The position numbers and the translations under genes were made by a program. From Methylophaga sp. (GTDB lineage Bacteria; Pseudomonadota; Gammaproteobacteria; Nitrosococcales; Methylophagaceae): DNA of 64,000 nucleotides. Positions 56,387-64,000 of this stretch are shown here, piece after piece. The notes under the pieces were generated by a model that worked only from the letters and a program-made list of their open reading frames with translations, was not told the DNA's origin and searched no databases. The stretch lies in the NCBI GenBank assembly GCA_011053005.1, contig DRHW01000016.1:39851-103850 (forward strand), in the 5' to 3' direction. Each line of letters begins with the position of its first letter. Within the stretch, counting starts at the first letter, position 1.

Positions 56387-58447
56387 TTATTCCTCCGAAA
56401 GAGCTGTAATAGGGTTAAGTGATGCGGCTTTACGTGCCGGTGCATAACCAAAGATCCAGCCCACTAATAATGAAGTAGAAAAAGCCAACACAGGGGGAGT
56501 CAAAGAAAAAGCCACGGCAACATTCAATGCTTTTAAACCTAATAAAACAATCAAACCTAACGCCACGCCCATCGCGCCACCAATAATACAGACGAGTAGT
56601 GCTTCAATAGCAAATTGACGCAAAATATCGCTAGGCTTAGCACCCGTAGCTATACGAAGACCAATTTCACGACGTCGTTCAGATACGTTAACTAACATAA
56701 TATTCATCACACCAATGCCGCCCACCAACAAGGATATAGCGGCAACGGCGCCTAATAAAACGGTTAGAGTATCTTGGGTTTCTGTGACTGCTTCAACTAG
56801 CGATGCTGTATTACGTACTCGAAAATCTTCGACGCCATGCCGTTCTTTTAATAACTGCGTTATTTGAGCTTCAACTTGTCCAAGTAATGAGGTGTCGGTG
56901 ACCTTAACGGTGATAATTGACAAATATTCACTGCCAAAGAATTTTAATTGGGCTGTACTCATCGGCACATAGACTTCATCATCCATATCACGTCCGCCGG
57001 CACTGGCTCCTTTGGGTTTAAGCACACCAATAATTTGATAAGGCGTGCTGTTCATCAATACTTGTTTACCAATAGGATTATCGCCATCCGGAAATAATGC
57101 TTCAGCAACCGTTGATCCCATGACCATCACTGAAGCAAAACTTTGAATATCTGCTTCATCAATAAATACGCCTTGTGATAAATGCCAGTCACGCATCGGG
57201 AAGTAGGGCGGTGTCACGCCACGGATCCGTCCGCTATAATCATAAGCACCTTGTCTAAAAGTAGATCGTGATTCTCGTTCAGGTGCGATCAAATCAACAC
57301 CATGTACAGCGGCGATGGCTTCAGCATCTGCCATACTTAAGGTCGCAATATCGCCACTAGAACGAATATTTCGACCACCAGGACTGACTTGTAATAAATT
57401 GGTTCCCATCGCACTAATGCGATCCAGTACTTGTTGTTTGCCACCATCACCAATCGCCATCATGCTTACTACAGCAGCGACACCAATGATAATACCGAGT
57501 AGTGTCAATAAGGTACGAAATAGGTTGGCACGTAAGGAGGTAACCGCTAGGTAAAGTGAGGTGAAAATACCAATACGATCGAATGTTTCGAGCTTAAAAG
57601 AATGTTGAGACAGTGTAGTTTCTGACTGATTATTATCATTTTTGTTGCTATGGCCCGAATCTGAAATGATTTCGCCATCTTTCATATGCACAATACGATC
57701 AGCATGGCGAGCGACTTCTGGATCATGTGTAATCAACACAACTGTCGTGCCATTATCGCGGTTTAATTGTTTCAATAAGGCTAATACTTGCTGACCACTA
57801 ACAGAATCAAGTGCACCTGTTGGCTCATCTGCCAAAATAACATCGGCGCCGTTAATTAAGGCACGAGCGATAGAAACACGTTGCTGTTGTCCGCCAGATA
57901 GTTCGGAAGGCTTATGATGCTCACGACCTTCTAAACCAAGCTGATGTAACAATTCTTGAGATCGGGTTTGTCTTTGTGCTTTTGGCATATGACTATAAAC
58001 AGAAGGCATCGCTACATTTTCTGCTGCTGTCTGATTATTTAATAATTGATAGCGCTGGAATACAAAGCCAAAGGTCTTCAAACGCAAACTTGATAATTCA
58101 TCGGTACTCAACTTGCTCACATCATGTCCGGCCACTTTATACGTGCCAGATGTCGGCGTATCAAGACAGCCTAGAATATTCATTAAGGTCGATTTACCCG
58201 ATCCAGACTGCCCCATAATCGCAATCAGTTCGCCCCGTTGAACAGACAAAGACACATTATTCATTGCCCGTACTTCATTCGAGCCGCTGTGAAAGGCTCG
58301 ACAGACGGCATCAAGTGCTAATAAAGGTTGCTCACTTTGATCTTCAGTGTTCTGGAAATGCTGTGATGGATTGCTAGCTTTAGAATCCACGGCGTTGAGA
58401 TCCAAGTAATGAATTCGCTTTATTACCATTACGCGTTTGATCACCAA
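56387..58447 (-). CDS. macB: MacB-type ABC efflux pump (N-terminal ATPase fused to FtsX-like permease)
   Basis: Walker A GQSGSGKST, signature LSGGQQQRV and Walker B ILADEPTGALD are followed by a periplasmic domain and four TM helices. The start is uncertain: TTG 58447, ATG 58429 or GTG 58390. The ORF overlaps the macA end (58380). Confidence 0.88.
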   Translation of the reverse strand: MVIKRVMVIKRIHYLDLNAVDSKASNPSQHFQNTEDQSEQPLLALDAVCRAFHSGSNEVRAMNNVSLSVQRGELIAIMGQSGSGKSTLMNILGCLDTPTSGTYKVAGHDVSKLSTDELSSLRLKTFGFVFQRYQLLNNQTAAENVAMPSVYSHMPKAQRQTRSQELLHQLGLEGREHHKPSELSGGQQQRVSIARALINGADVILADEPTGALDSVSGQQVLALLKQLNRDNGTTVVLITHDPEVARHADRIVHMKDGEIISDSGHSNKNDNNQSETTLSQHSFKLETFDRIGIFTSLYLAVTSLRANLFRTLLTLLGIIIGVAAVVSMMAIGDGGKQQVLDRISAMGTNLLQVSPGGRNIRSSGDIATLSMADAEAIAAVHGVDLIAPERESRSTFRQGAYDYSGRIRGVTPPYFPMRDWHLSQGVFIDEADIQSFASVMVMGSTVAEALFPDGDNPIGKQVLMNSTPYQIIGVLKPKGASAGGRDMDDEVYVPMSTAQLKFFGSEYLSIITVKVTDTSLLGQVEAQITQLLKERHGVEDFRVRNTASLVEAVTETQDTLTVLLGAVAAISLLVGGIGVMNIMLVNVSERRREIGLRIATGAKPSDILRQFAIEALLVCIIGGAMGVALGLIVLLGLKALNVAVAFSLTPPVLAFSTSLLVGWIFGYAPARKAASLNPITALSEE

Positions 58448-59516
58448 TCACGACCGAATCATTTTCAGCCAAACCAGACAGTATTTGCACATGAGTACGA
58501 TTGCGTACACCGGTTTCAACGTTCACTCTTTCAAGTTTAGTGCCGTTTTTCTTAACGACTTTATTGTCTTTACCATTAGAACGCACCGCACCTAAAGGTA
58601 TAATTAATGCGTCTTCAGCGCTATCGCGTATAAAAAAGACTTGCGTGGTCATTGCATCCATTAATTGATTATCAGCATTATCAATATCGATAAGCGCTTG
58701 ATACAGCACGACATCGTTAACAATAGAGGGGGTTGGTAATACCTGACGAACAGTTGAATACCAGCGTCTTTCACCACCACCAAAGGTTTTGAAATAAACG
58801 ACCATCCCTTTATTTAAACGATTAACATCGGCTTCAGATACTTCGGCCCGAAGTGTCAGCACACTTAAATCAGCAATTTTTAATAATAAGGGCGCGTTTT
58901 GATTTGCATTTAAGGTTTGACCTTCACGTACTGAAATACTGACTACTGTGCCACCAATCGGGGCATAGATTTTGGCATAACCTAATGTCGCCATATCGCC
59001 ATCAAGCGATGCACTATCTGCTTTAATTTGAGATTGCATAGCGCGAATCTTGGCACGCAATATTTTCTCGTTTGCCACACTTTCAGCCAATGTGTCATCA
59101 CTCACCGCATTTTTATCGCGTAAGTTTTTATTACGTTTAGCACGTAGTGCAGCCAGCTCAAGTTCTGCTTCTAATTGTTGTAATTCAGCGCGATTGCCTT
59201 CTAAACTTGCTTCAGAATTTTGCACTTTAGTTTCAAATACCGTGGCATCAATTTCCATCAGTAATTGACCCGCTTCAACTAGTTGACCTTCTTCAACATA
59301 GATCTTTTCCAGCTGCCCAGATACTTGTGCGCCTACTTCAACGTATTTCTTAGGCTCTAACGTACCGGTTGCTGCAATATAGTTTTCAATATCACCACGC
59401 TTGACTTGTTCAGTCAGAAAAACAGGCTTATCCGGTTCATCCTTGTAAAAATAATAGCCCGCATAAGCCGCAGCAGCAACCAAGATAAAGATAAATATCT
59501 TTTTTAAAAACAACAT
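58380..59516 (-). CDS. macA: MacA-type periplasmic adaptor
   Basis: 378 aa with an N-terminal anchor, the motif VKRGDIENYIAATGTLEP, the lipoyl motif VEAGQLLMEID and a long coiled coil. Confidence 0.88.
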   Translation of the reverse strand: MLFLKKIFIFILVAAAAYAGYYFYKDEPDKPVFLTEQVKRGDIENYIAATGTLEPKKYVEVGAQVSGQLEKIYVEEGQLVEAGQLLMEIDATVFETKVQNSEASLEGNRAELQQLEAELELAALRAKRNKNLRDKNAVSDDTLAESVANEKILRAKIRAMQSQIKADSASLDGDMATLGYAKIYAPIGGTVVSISVREGQTLNANQNAPLLLKIADLSVLTLRAEVSEADVNRLNKGMVVYFKTFGGGERRWYSTVRQVLPTPSIVNDVVLYQALIDIDNADNQLMDAMTTQVFFIRDSAEDALIIPLGAVRSNGKDNKVVKKNGTKLERVNVETGVRNRTHVQILSGLAENDSVVIGDQTRNGNKANSLLGSQRRGF

Positions 59517-59753
59517 GAAATGAACAACCTTATATTTTTTTCATCGACTTCATTCTAAAGCGAATTATGATCGTTAAAGAAGTCAATATTGTGCGTATAT
59601 TCAGACTGCGATGATTGTTAGCAGCCACAATGAGTCTTAAGCATTGCATACTATATCGTATTAACAATGATTCGCCGTAGCTTTAAAAACAAAGTGTATT
59701 GCTCCCCATTTATTCATGGGCACAATCGAAAGGATAGTGTTAATGACGACAGG

Positions 59754-60968
59754 TTAAGACTCGGTTAATGGTTGAGAATTCGCCCAACGATCAACTTGAT
59801 TTCGTTTACGCTTTTTGATGATGAAACTGACCAAGCCAGAAAAGACCATCACCGTGCCAAGCAGGCTTAAAAGTAGCTGCAACACAACATAATAGGCAGG
59901 TAAGTCATGGCCAGTATGAAGTGCTTTAAGTATTGAAAAGACTTTTGCGCCTAACGATAAATCAGCATGCAGGCTGGTATTGACTAATACAGAACCTTGT
60001 TTATCTATACTCACACGACTACCAGCAAGGCCTAACCAATCACCAGGAGCATGAAACTGAAATGTTAATATTTGCTCAGATAGCTTTTCAACTGTGTTTC
60101 TTTTGCTATCGGTCACAGATTTAAAATTAGTTTGCGAACGTGTTGTTTTATTATTTGGAGCCTCTCGATTTTCAGCAGCTTTTCTAGGGGGACGAGGGTA
60201 ACGGATCTGCTGCAAAACAGCACCCGCTGGCATTTGTGCATAAGCCATTTCTAACCATGCTTGCCAATGACTATCCAATGATACGGTTTGTTTTGCTTCT
60301 GATTTAGCGCTTTCTACACCTAATAACTGTTCGGTAAATGTTCGGTAAGTAATTGATGCACCTGTAATTGCAAACAATAAAATAGCCAATAATACGACAA
60401 CGCCGCCGGTCATATGATTGTAATAAAAATGTTTACGTTTACGTCCGCGAGGCACGAGATCCTTGGCCTTAAAACTTTTGCGTACCGGCCACCATAACCA
60501 CAAGCCGAGTAAGCTGATCAGCGTTGCAATCAGCCCCACCCATGCCGCGTAATGTTTACCTTCAACACCCCATAAACCTTCACGGCCTAATAAATAATTG
60601 CGGTGTAATTGTAAGTTTGTTTTGAAAAAACTATTTTCTCTATCTTTTGCATGCTGTTCATCTTCAATATCGTTGAGAGCATAGGTCCAGCTTTCACCTC
60701 GCGCCTCTACACGATAATAAGGTGTATCAAAACTAGGCATAACAATCGAACGAATACCTTTTTTACCTTCAGTGATCACTGCTAAGACGTCGGCATTTTC
60801 AGCTAAGGTAGTAGGGCGATATTGATAGTCGCTATTTTCAATACTGATGTCCACACGTTTAAGCAACTCTTCAACCGAAGAAATAGCACCTGTAACAAAG
60901 GTAATGACAAATAATATGCCCAAAGGAAACCCCAGCCAACGATGCAGGGTACTAAGAAATTTTTTCAT
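59754..60968 (-). CDS. PepSY-associated TM helix protein (PiuB-like iron-regulated membrane protein)
   Basis: 404 aa. The N-terminus LHRWLGFPLGILFVITFVTGA, the internal HRNYLLG and the C-terminal LHTGH motifs are typical of PepSY_TM proteins. Confidence 0.78.
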   Translation of the reverse strand: MKKFLSTLHRWLGFPLGILFVITFVTGAISSVEELLKRVDISIENSDYQYRPTTLAENADVLAVITEGKKGIRSIVMPSFDTPYYRVEARGESWTYALNDIEDEQHAKDRENSFFKTNLQLHRNYLLGREGLWGVEGKHYAAWVGLIATLISLLGLWLWWPVRKSFKAKDLVPRGRKRKHFYYNHMTGGVVVLLAILLFAITGASITYRTFTEQLLGVESAKSEAKQTVSLDSHWQAWLEMAYAQMPAGAVLQQIRYPRPPRKAAENREAPNNKTTRSQTNFKSVTDSKRNTVEKLSEQILTFQFHAPGDWLGLAGSRVSIDKQGSVLVNTSLHADLSLGAKVFSILKALHTGHDLPAYYVVLQLLLSLLGTVMVFSGLVSFIIKKRKRNQVDRWANSQPLTES

Positions 60969-61211
60969 GTGATTGTTCTCTGTTCACGCTAGTGATGCTA
61001 ACTAATATGCATTGGTAACCATGTAACTGCCATGGGAATAGGGAAATTATCCTTTAAATACTTGTAAGTGTAAACACAAATAAGAATGCTTTGCATTTAG
61101 ATTGGTTTATTGCTATATTCTCTTCCGATTTTAAGATAACTGGGCAGCGTATAACCGTCTGAGGCCAATGCTTAAATACCATATTTAATAAAATAGAATT
61201 AGGAACTTTAA

Positions 61212-63416
61212 ATGAATAACAATAAACGCTCAGTACGGTCTGATTTTAGTCGTAGTGCATTGGCCTTAGCGCTTTCTGCCGCATTGCCCGTGGCGATTGC
61301 TCACGCAGAAGAAGCCGTTAACTTACCTAAGGTTCAAGTTTCAGGGGAAGCGCTAGATGGTTATAAGGTAGAGGAATCAACCTCAATCAAATATGTTAAA
61401 CCACTATTAGATACGGCTAAGACGATTACGGTTATTCCGCAAGCGTTAATGAAAGATCGTAATGTTGATAGCTTGAGTGATGCGCTACGCAACGTTCCAG
61501 GTATATCAATGGCGGCAGGTGAAGGTGGTACACCATCGGGTGATCAAATGTCGATCCGTGGTTTTGATTCTCGTAATAACATTATGATCGATAATATTCG
61601 TGATATCGCAGGTTACTCACGCGATACCTATAATGTTGAATCAATTGAAGTTGCAAAAGGTCCGGGTTCAGCAGTTTATGGTCGTGGTTCTGCAGGTGGC
61701 AGCATCAACTTACAAACTAAAACTGCCAAGTTAGATGATTTTAACGATATCAATTTCCGTCTGGGTAGTGAAGATGATTATCGAACTGTTTTCGATACCA
61801 ACCATATTTTAGGTGACACTACTGCAATACGACTTAACCTTCTTACTACAGATGGTGATGTTGCTGGACGTGACAAAGTCGAAAATTCAAATGACGCCAT
61901 CGCATTATCGTTTGCGACAGGTATTGATACGGCTACACGTTTCACGCTTAATGCAGACTATCAAAAACAAGATAATCAGCCAGATTATGGTATCCCTTGG
62001 GTAGCGAATGGTGGAAATCTTGCTCCATCATTGCTTCCATATGAAGGTGGTACACCTAATGTTAATTTCAGTAACTATTATGGCAATGTACATCGTGACT
62101 TTGAAGATATCGATTCAAAATCACTCACAGCTATGCTTGAACAAGACATCAGTGATTCAACAACCTTACGTGTAACGGGTCGTATTGGTGCTGCGGATCG
62201 TGAATCAGTAACGACGGCACCGCGTCTGGTGAATGGCACCACGAATATGCGTTTAAACGATGTAAAAACACGCGATACAAAAGATTCACTTAAATTGTTG
62301 CAATTTGATTTAATTGGTAAATACCAAACAGGTAGCATCACGCATGATGTAGTGACAGGTATCGAAATTGCCGAAGAAAAATTTGAACGTTGGAATTATG
62401 ATGCAGTAGTGACAGATAATCTTCTTACACAAACTACAAATTTATATAACCCAAATTCTAATCTTGCCTTCACCGGACAGTATGCTCGCACAGATAAAAG
62501 TCAAGAAGCGACGGGGGATACAAAGGCAATATACGCATTTGATACATTGACCTTGAATGAACAATGGCAGGTTTCATTAGGCCTTCGTTACGATGTCTTT
62601 GACACTGAGTATTATTACAATCTTGACGGTAGTGATGCTACGTTACCAACATCGGCAAAAGCAGATAAAAAAGATGAGAACTTGAGCTGGAATACAGGTG
62701 TTGTCTATAAACCAGTTGAAAACGGTAGTATTTATGCAGCGGTAGGCACTTCATTTACACCCGCAGCAGAAGATTTAACTGCATCGACAAGGGGTAATCA
62801 AGCTAGTCTTGATCCAGAGAAAACAATCAGTTACGAAGTCGGCACTAAATGGGAATTGTTTGATAGTCGCTTATTTACCAGTGCTGCCTTGTTCCGTACT
62901 GAAAAAACAAATGCCTTATCTAACGATCCGTTTTCAACCGATGCTAATGACAGGATCTTAGATGGTGAAGAACGTGTACAAGGGATCGAGTTAAGTGCCG
63001 CTGGTAAAATAACGGATCAGTTCACATTGACGGCTGCTTATACTTATCAAGATAGTGAAGTTATTAAAGCCACTGGTACTAATAGAGGAAACCTTGAAGG
63101 TAACGAACTAGCTCGTACACCTAAAAACTCTGCAAGTGTTTGGGGTCGTTATGATTTCACCAATAAATTAGCTGCTGGTTTAGGCGCACAATATGTTGGC
63201 GAACGTTACAACAGCTCTGATATTACGGGCCGTGAAAAAGCAGAAAGCTTCACAATTTGGGATGCGATGGTATCGTACAGAATCGACGAGCAGTGGGCAT
63301 TACAGCTTAATGGCGGTAACTTGTTTAATAAGAAATACATTAATCAAGTTGGTGGTGGGCATGCGATACCTGGTGAAGGTCGCTATGTATCACTGAATAC
63401 AAGCTTCTCTTTCTAA
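61212..63416 (+). CDS. TonB-dependent siderophore receptor
   Basis: 734 aa with a signal peptide and plug motifs (ITVIPQALM, LSDALRNVPGI, IRGFDSRNNIMIDNIRD, IEVAKGPGSAVYGRGSAGGSIN). The beta-barrel ends ...SLNTSFSF. Confidence 0.9.
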   Translation: MNNNKRSVRSDFSRSALALALSAALPVAIAHAEEAVNLPKVQVSGEALDGYKVEESTSIKYVKPLLDTAKTITVIPQALMKDRNVDSLSDALRNVPGISMAAGEGGTPSGDQMSIRGFDSRNNIMIDNIRDIAGYSRDTYNVESIEVAKGPGSAVYGRGSAGGSINLQTKTAKLDDFNDINFRLGSEDDYRTVFDTNHILGDTTAIRLNLLTTDGDVAGRDKVENSNDAIALSFATGIDTATRFTLNADYQKQDNQPDYGIPWVANGGNLAPSLLPYEGGTPNVNFSNYYGNVHRDFEDIDSKSLTAMLEQDISDSTTLRVTGRIGAADRESVTTAPRLVNGTTNMRLNDVKTRDTKDSLKLLQFDLIGKYQTGSITHDVVTGIEIAEEKFERWNYDAVVTDNLLTQTTNLYNPNSNLAFTGQYARTDKSQEATGDTKAIYAFDTLTLNEQWQVSLGLRYDVFDTEYYYNLDGSDATLPTSAKADKKDENLSWNTGVVYKPVENGSIYAAVGTSFTPAAEDLTASTRGNQASLDPEKTISYEVGTKWELFDSRLFTSAALFRTEKTNALSNDPFSTDANDRILDGEERVQGIELSAAGKITDQFTLTAAYTYQDSEVIKATGTNRGNLEGNELARTPKNSASVWGRYDFTNKLAAGLGAQYVGERYNSSDITGREKAESFTIWDAMVSYRIDEQWALQLNGGNLFNKKYINQVGGGHAIPGEGRYVSLNTSFSF

Positions 63417-63461
63417 AGCGTATATCTGATTGATACAAGGACGTATCACAACAGTATAATT

Positions 63462-63493
63462 GTAAGCCGAGCTCATGCTCGGTTTACTTTTTT
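63462..63493 (+). terminator. Rho-independent terminator after the receptor gene
   Basis: GTAAGCCGAGC-tcat-GCTCGGTTTAC has one G-U pair and is followed by TTTTTT. Confidence 0.8.
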
Positions 63494-63541
63494 ATAACGA
63501 CTCTGATTTTACATTTTTACATTTACAGCGAGAAAATAACC

Positions 63542-64000
63542 GTGTTAGTTAAAATTCATCAGGTACTGACCAAAGAACAAGTACAACAAGCAAAAAATAT
63601 TCTGCTTGATGCCGATTGGGCTGATGGTAATGTTACTGCGGGATATCAATCTGCTAAAGCAAAAAATAATCTCCAGTTGTTAGAAGGCACAGAGGTCGCC
63701 AATCAGTTAGGCGATATGATTTTGGCTGCATTAGCTAAAAGTAATCAATTCATGTCCGCTGCGTTGCCTTTAAAAATCTTCCCACCCTTATTTAATTGTT
63801 ACCAAGGTGGCGGCAGCTTTGGCGTACATGTAGATAATGCCATTCGGCAAGTGCCCGGCACCCCAGTCAAAGTACGCACTGATCTATCAATGACCTTGTT
63901 TTTATCCGAACCAGAAGAATATGAAGGTGGCGAACTGATTATTGAAGATACCTATGGCTCTCAAACCGTTAAATTAGCTGCTGGCGATATGATTTTGTAT
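63542..64000 (+). CDS. piuC: Fe(II)/2-oxoglutarate-dependent PKHD-type hydroxylase (PiuC/YbiX), 3' end beyond window
   Basis: Not in the ORF track. My translation from GTG 63542 reads [46 protein letters not shown]...[10 protein letters not shown]...[11 protein letters not shown]. It stays open to the window end and has the H-x-D iron motif. Confidence 0.8.
   Translation, partial: MLVKIHQVLTKEQVQQAKNILLDADWADGNVTAGYQSAKAKNNLQLLEGTEVANQLGDMILAALAKSNQFMSAALPLKIFPPLFNCYQGGGSFGVHVDNAIRQVPGTPVKVRTDLSMTLFLSEPEEYEGGELIIEDTYGSQTVKLAAGDMILY

Noticed and set aside
58380-58447. 68-nt overlap of the macB ORF with the macA end, and the odd N-terminal MVIKRVMVIKR quasi-repeat.
   Set aside because: The first codon is TTG. 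The conserved MacB sequence begins about 45 residues later (PLLALD...). The overlap most likely reflects an over-extended ORF; ATG 58429 or GTG 58390 are alternative starts. It is not a real repeat domain or a recoding site.
61085-61097. Possible Fur box (AATGC-TTT-GCATT) upstream of the TonB-dependent receptor.
   Set aside because: Only a short palindrome is present. The surrounding 19 bp (AATAAGAATGCTTTGCATT) match roughly half of the GATAATGATAATCATTATC consensus. That is too weak to annotate without a genome-specific Fur matrix.
1-64000. Scan for CRISPR arrays, IS elements or transposases, integrases, tRNA/rRNA genes, toxin-antitoxin pairs and known anti-phage defence genes.
   Set aside because: None was recognised. 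All long ORFs are accounted for by metabolic, transport or regulatory families, and no spaced direct-repeat arrays or terminal inverted repeats were seen by eye.

Overview
Dense chromosomal segment with about 55 protein genes on both strands. I recognised no rRNA, tRNA, CRISPR array, IS element or prophage. The DNA is AT-rich and the proteins look like those of a marine gammaproteobacterium, possibly Alteromonadales; that taxon is inference only.

Gene content, left to right:
- A lipid-modification operon: FAD oxidoreductase, DUF1365, CFA-synthase-like methylase, MFS transporter.
- A sensor-domain-less KdpD/KdpE pair fused to ktrAB.
- A membrane-anchored catalase-related protein with cytochrome b561, then pseudoazurin, alkB, a MocR regulator and an orphan ccoG.
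- A LysR gene divergent from a Zn-ADH plus MexEF-OprN-like RND operon.
- A PCD-like protein and a DUF1840 protein.
- An orphan XoxF-type PQQ dehydrogenase with the lanthanide D-Y-D signature.
- mtgA, then a PEP-CTERM/VPLPA-CTERM secreted protein behind a sigma54-type promoter.
- cstA, then a 131-aa ORF plus a fused secDF, then a CaCA antiporter and 5-formyl-THF cyclo-ligase.
- An orphan ccoN-ccoQ pair with a LysR gene.
- norR divergent from nnrS-hmp, with a sigma54 promoter and GT-N7-AC boxes.
- A Cus/Czc-type heavy-metal RND pair whose adaptor carries an in-frame TAG.
- A second multidrug RND operon, an HPP protein, and macAB with an OMF gene.
- A PepSY / TonB-dependent receptor / PiuC iron module.

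Best candidate for something new: ORF 29954..30349. It has an N-terminal hydrophobic segment and ends ...HLTRAPPLK*, which contains a RAPP motif like known ribosome-arrest peptides. It lies 57 nt upstream of the fused secDF. A 9/9 complementarity links its stop-codon region to the secDF Shine-Dalgarno. Together these fit the architecture of a secretion-monitoring arrest-peptide switch of the SecM, VemP or ApdA/ApdP type.

All functional calls come from motif recognition by eye. No searches were run.
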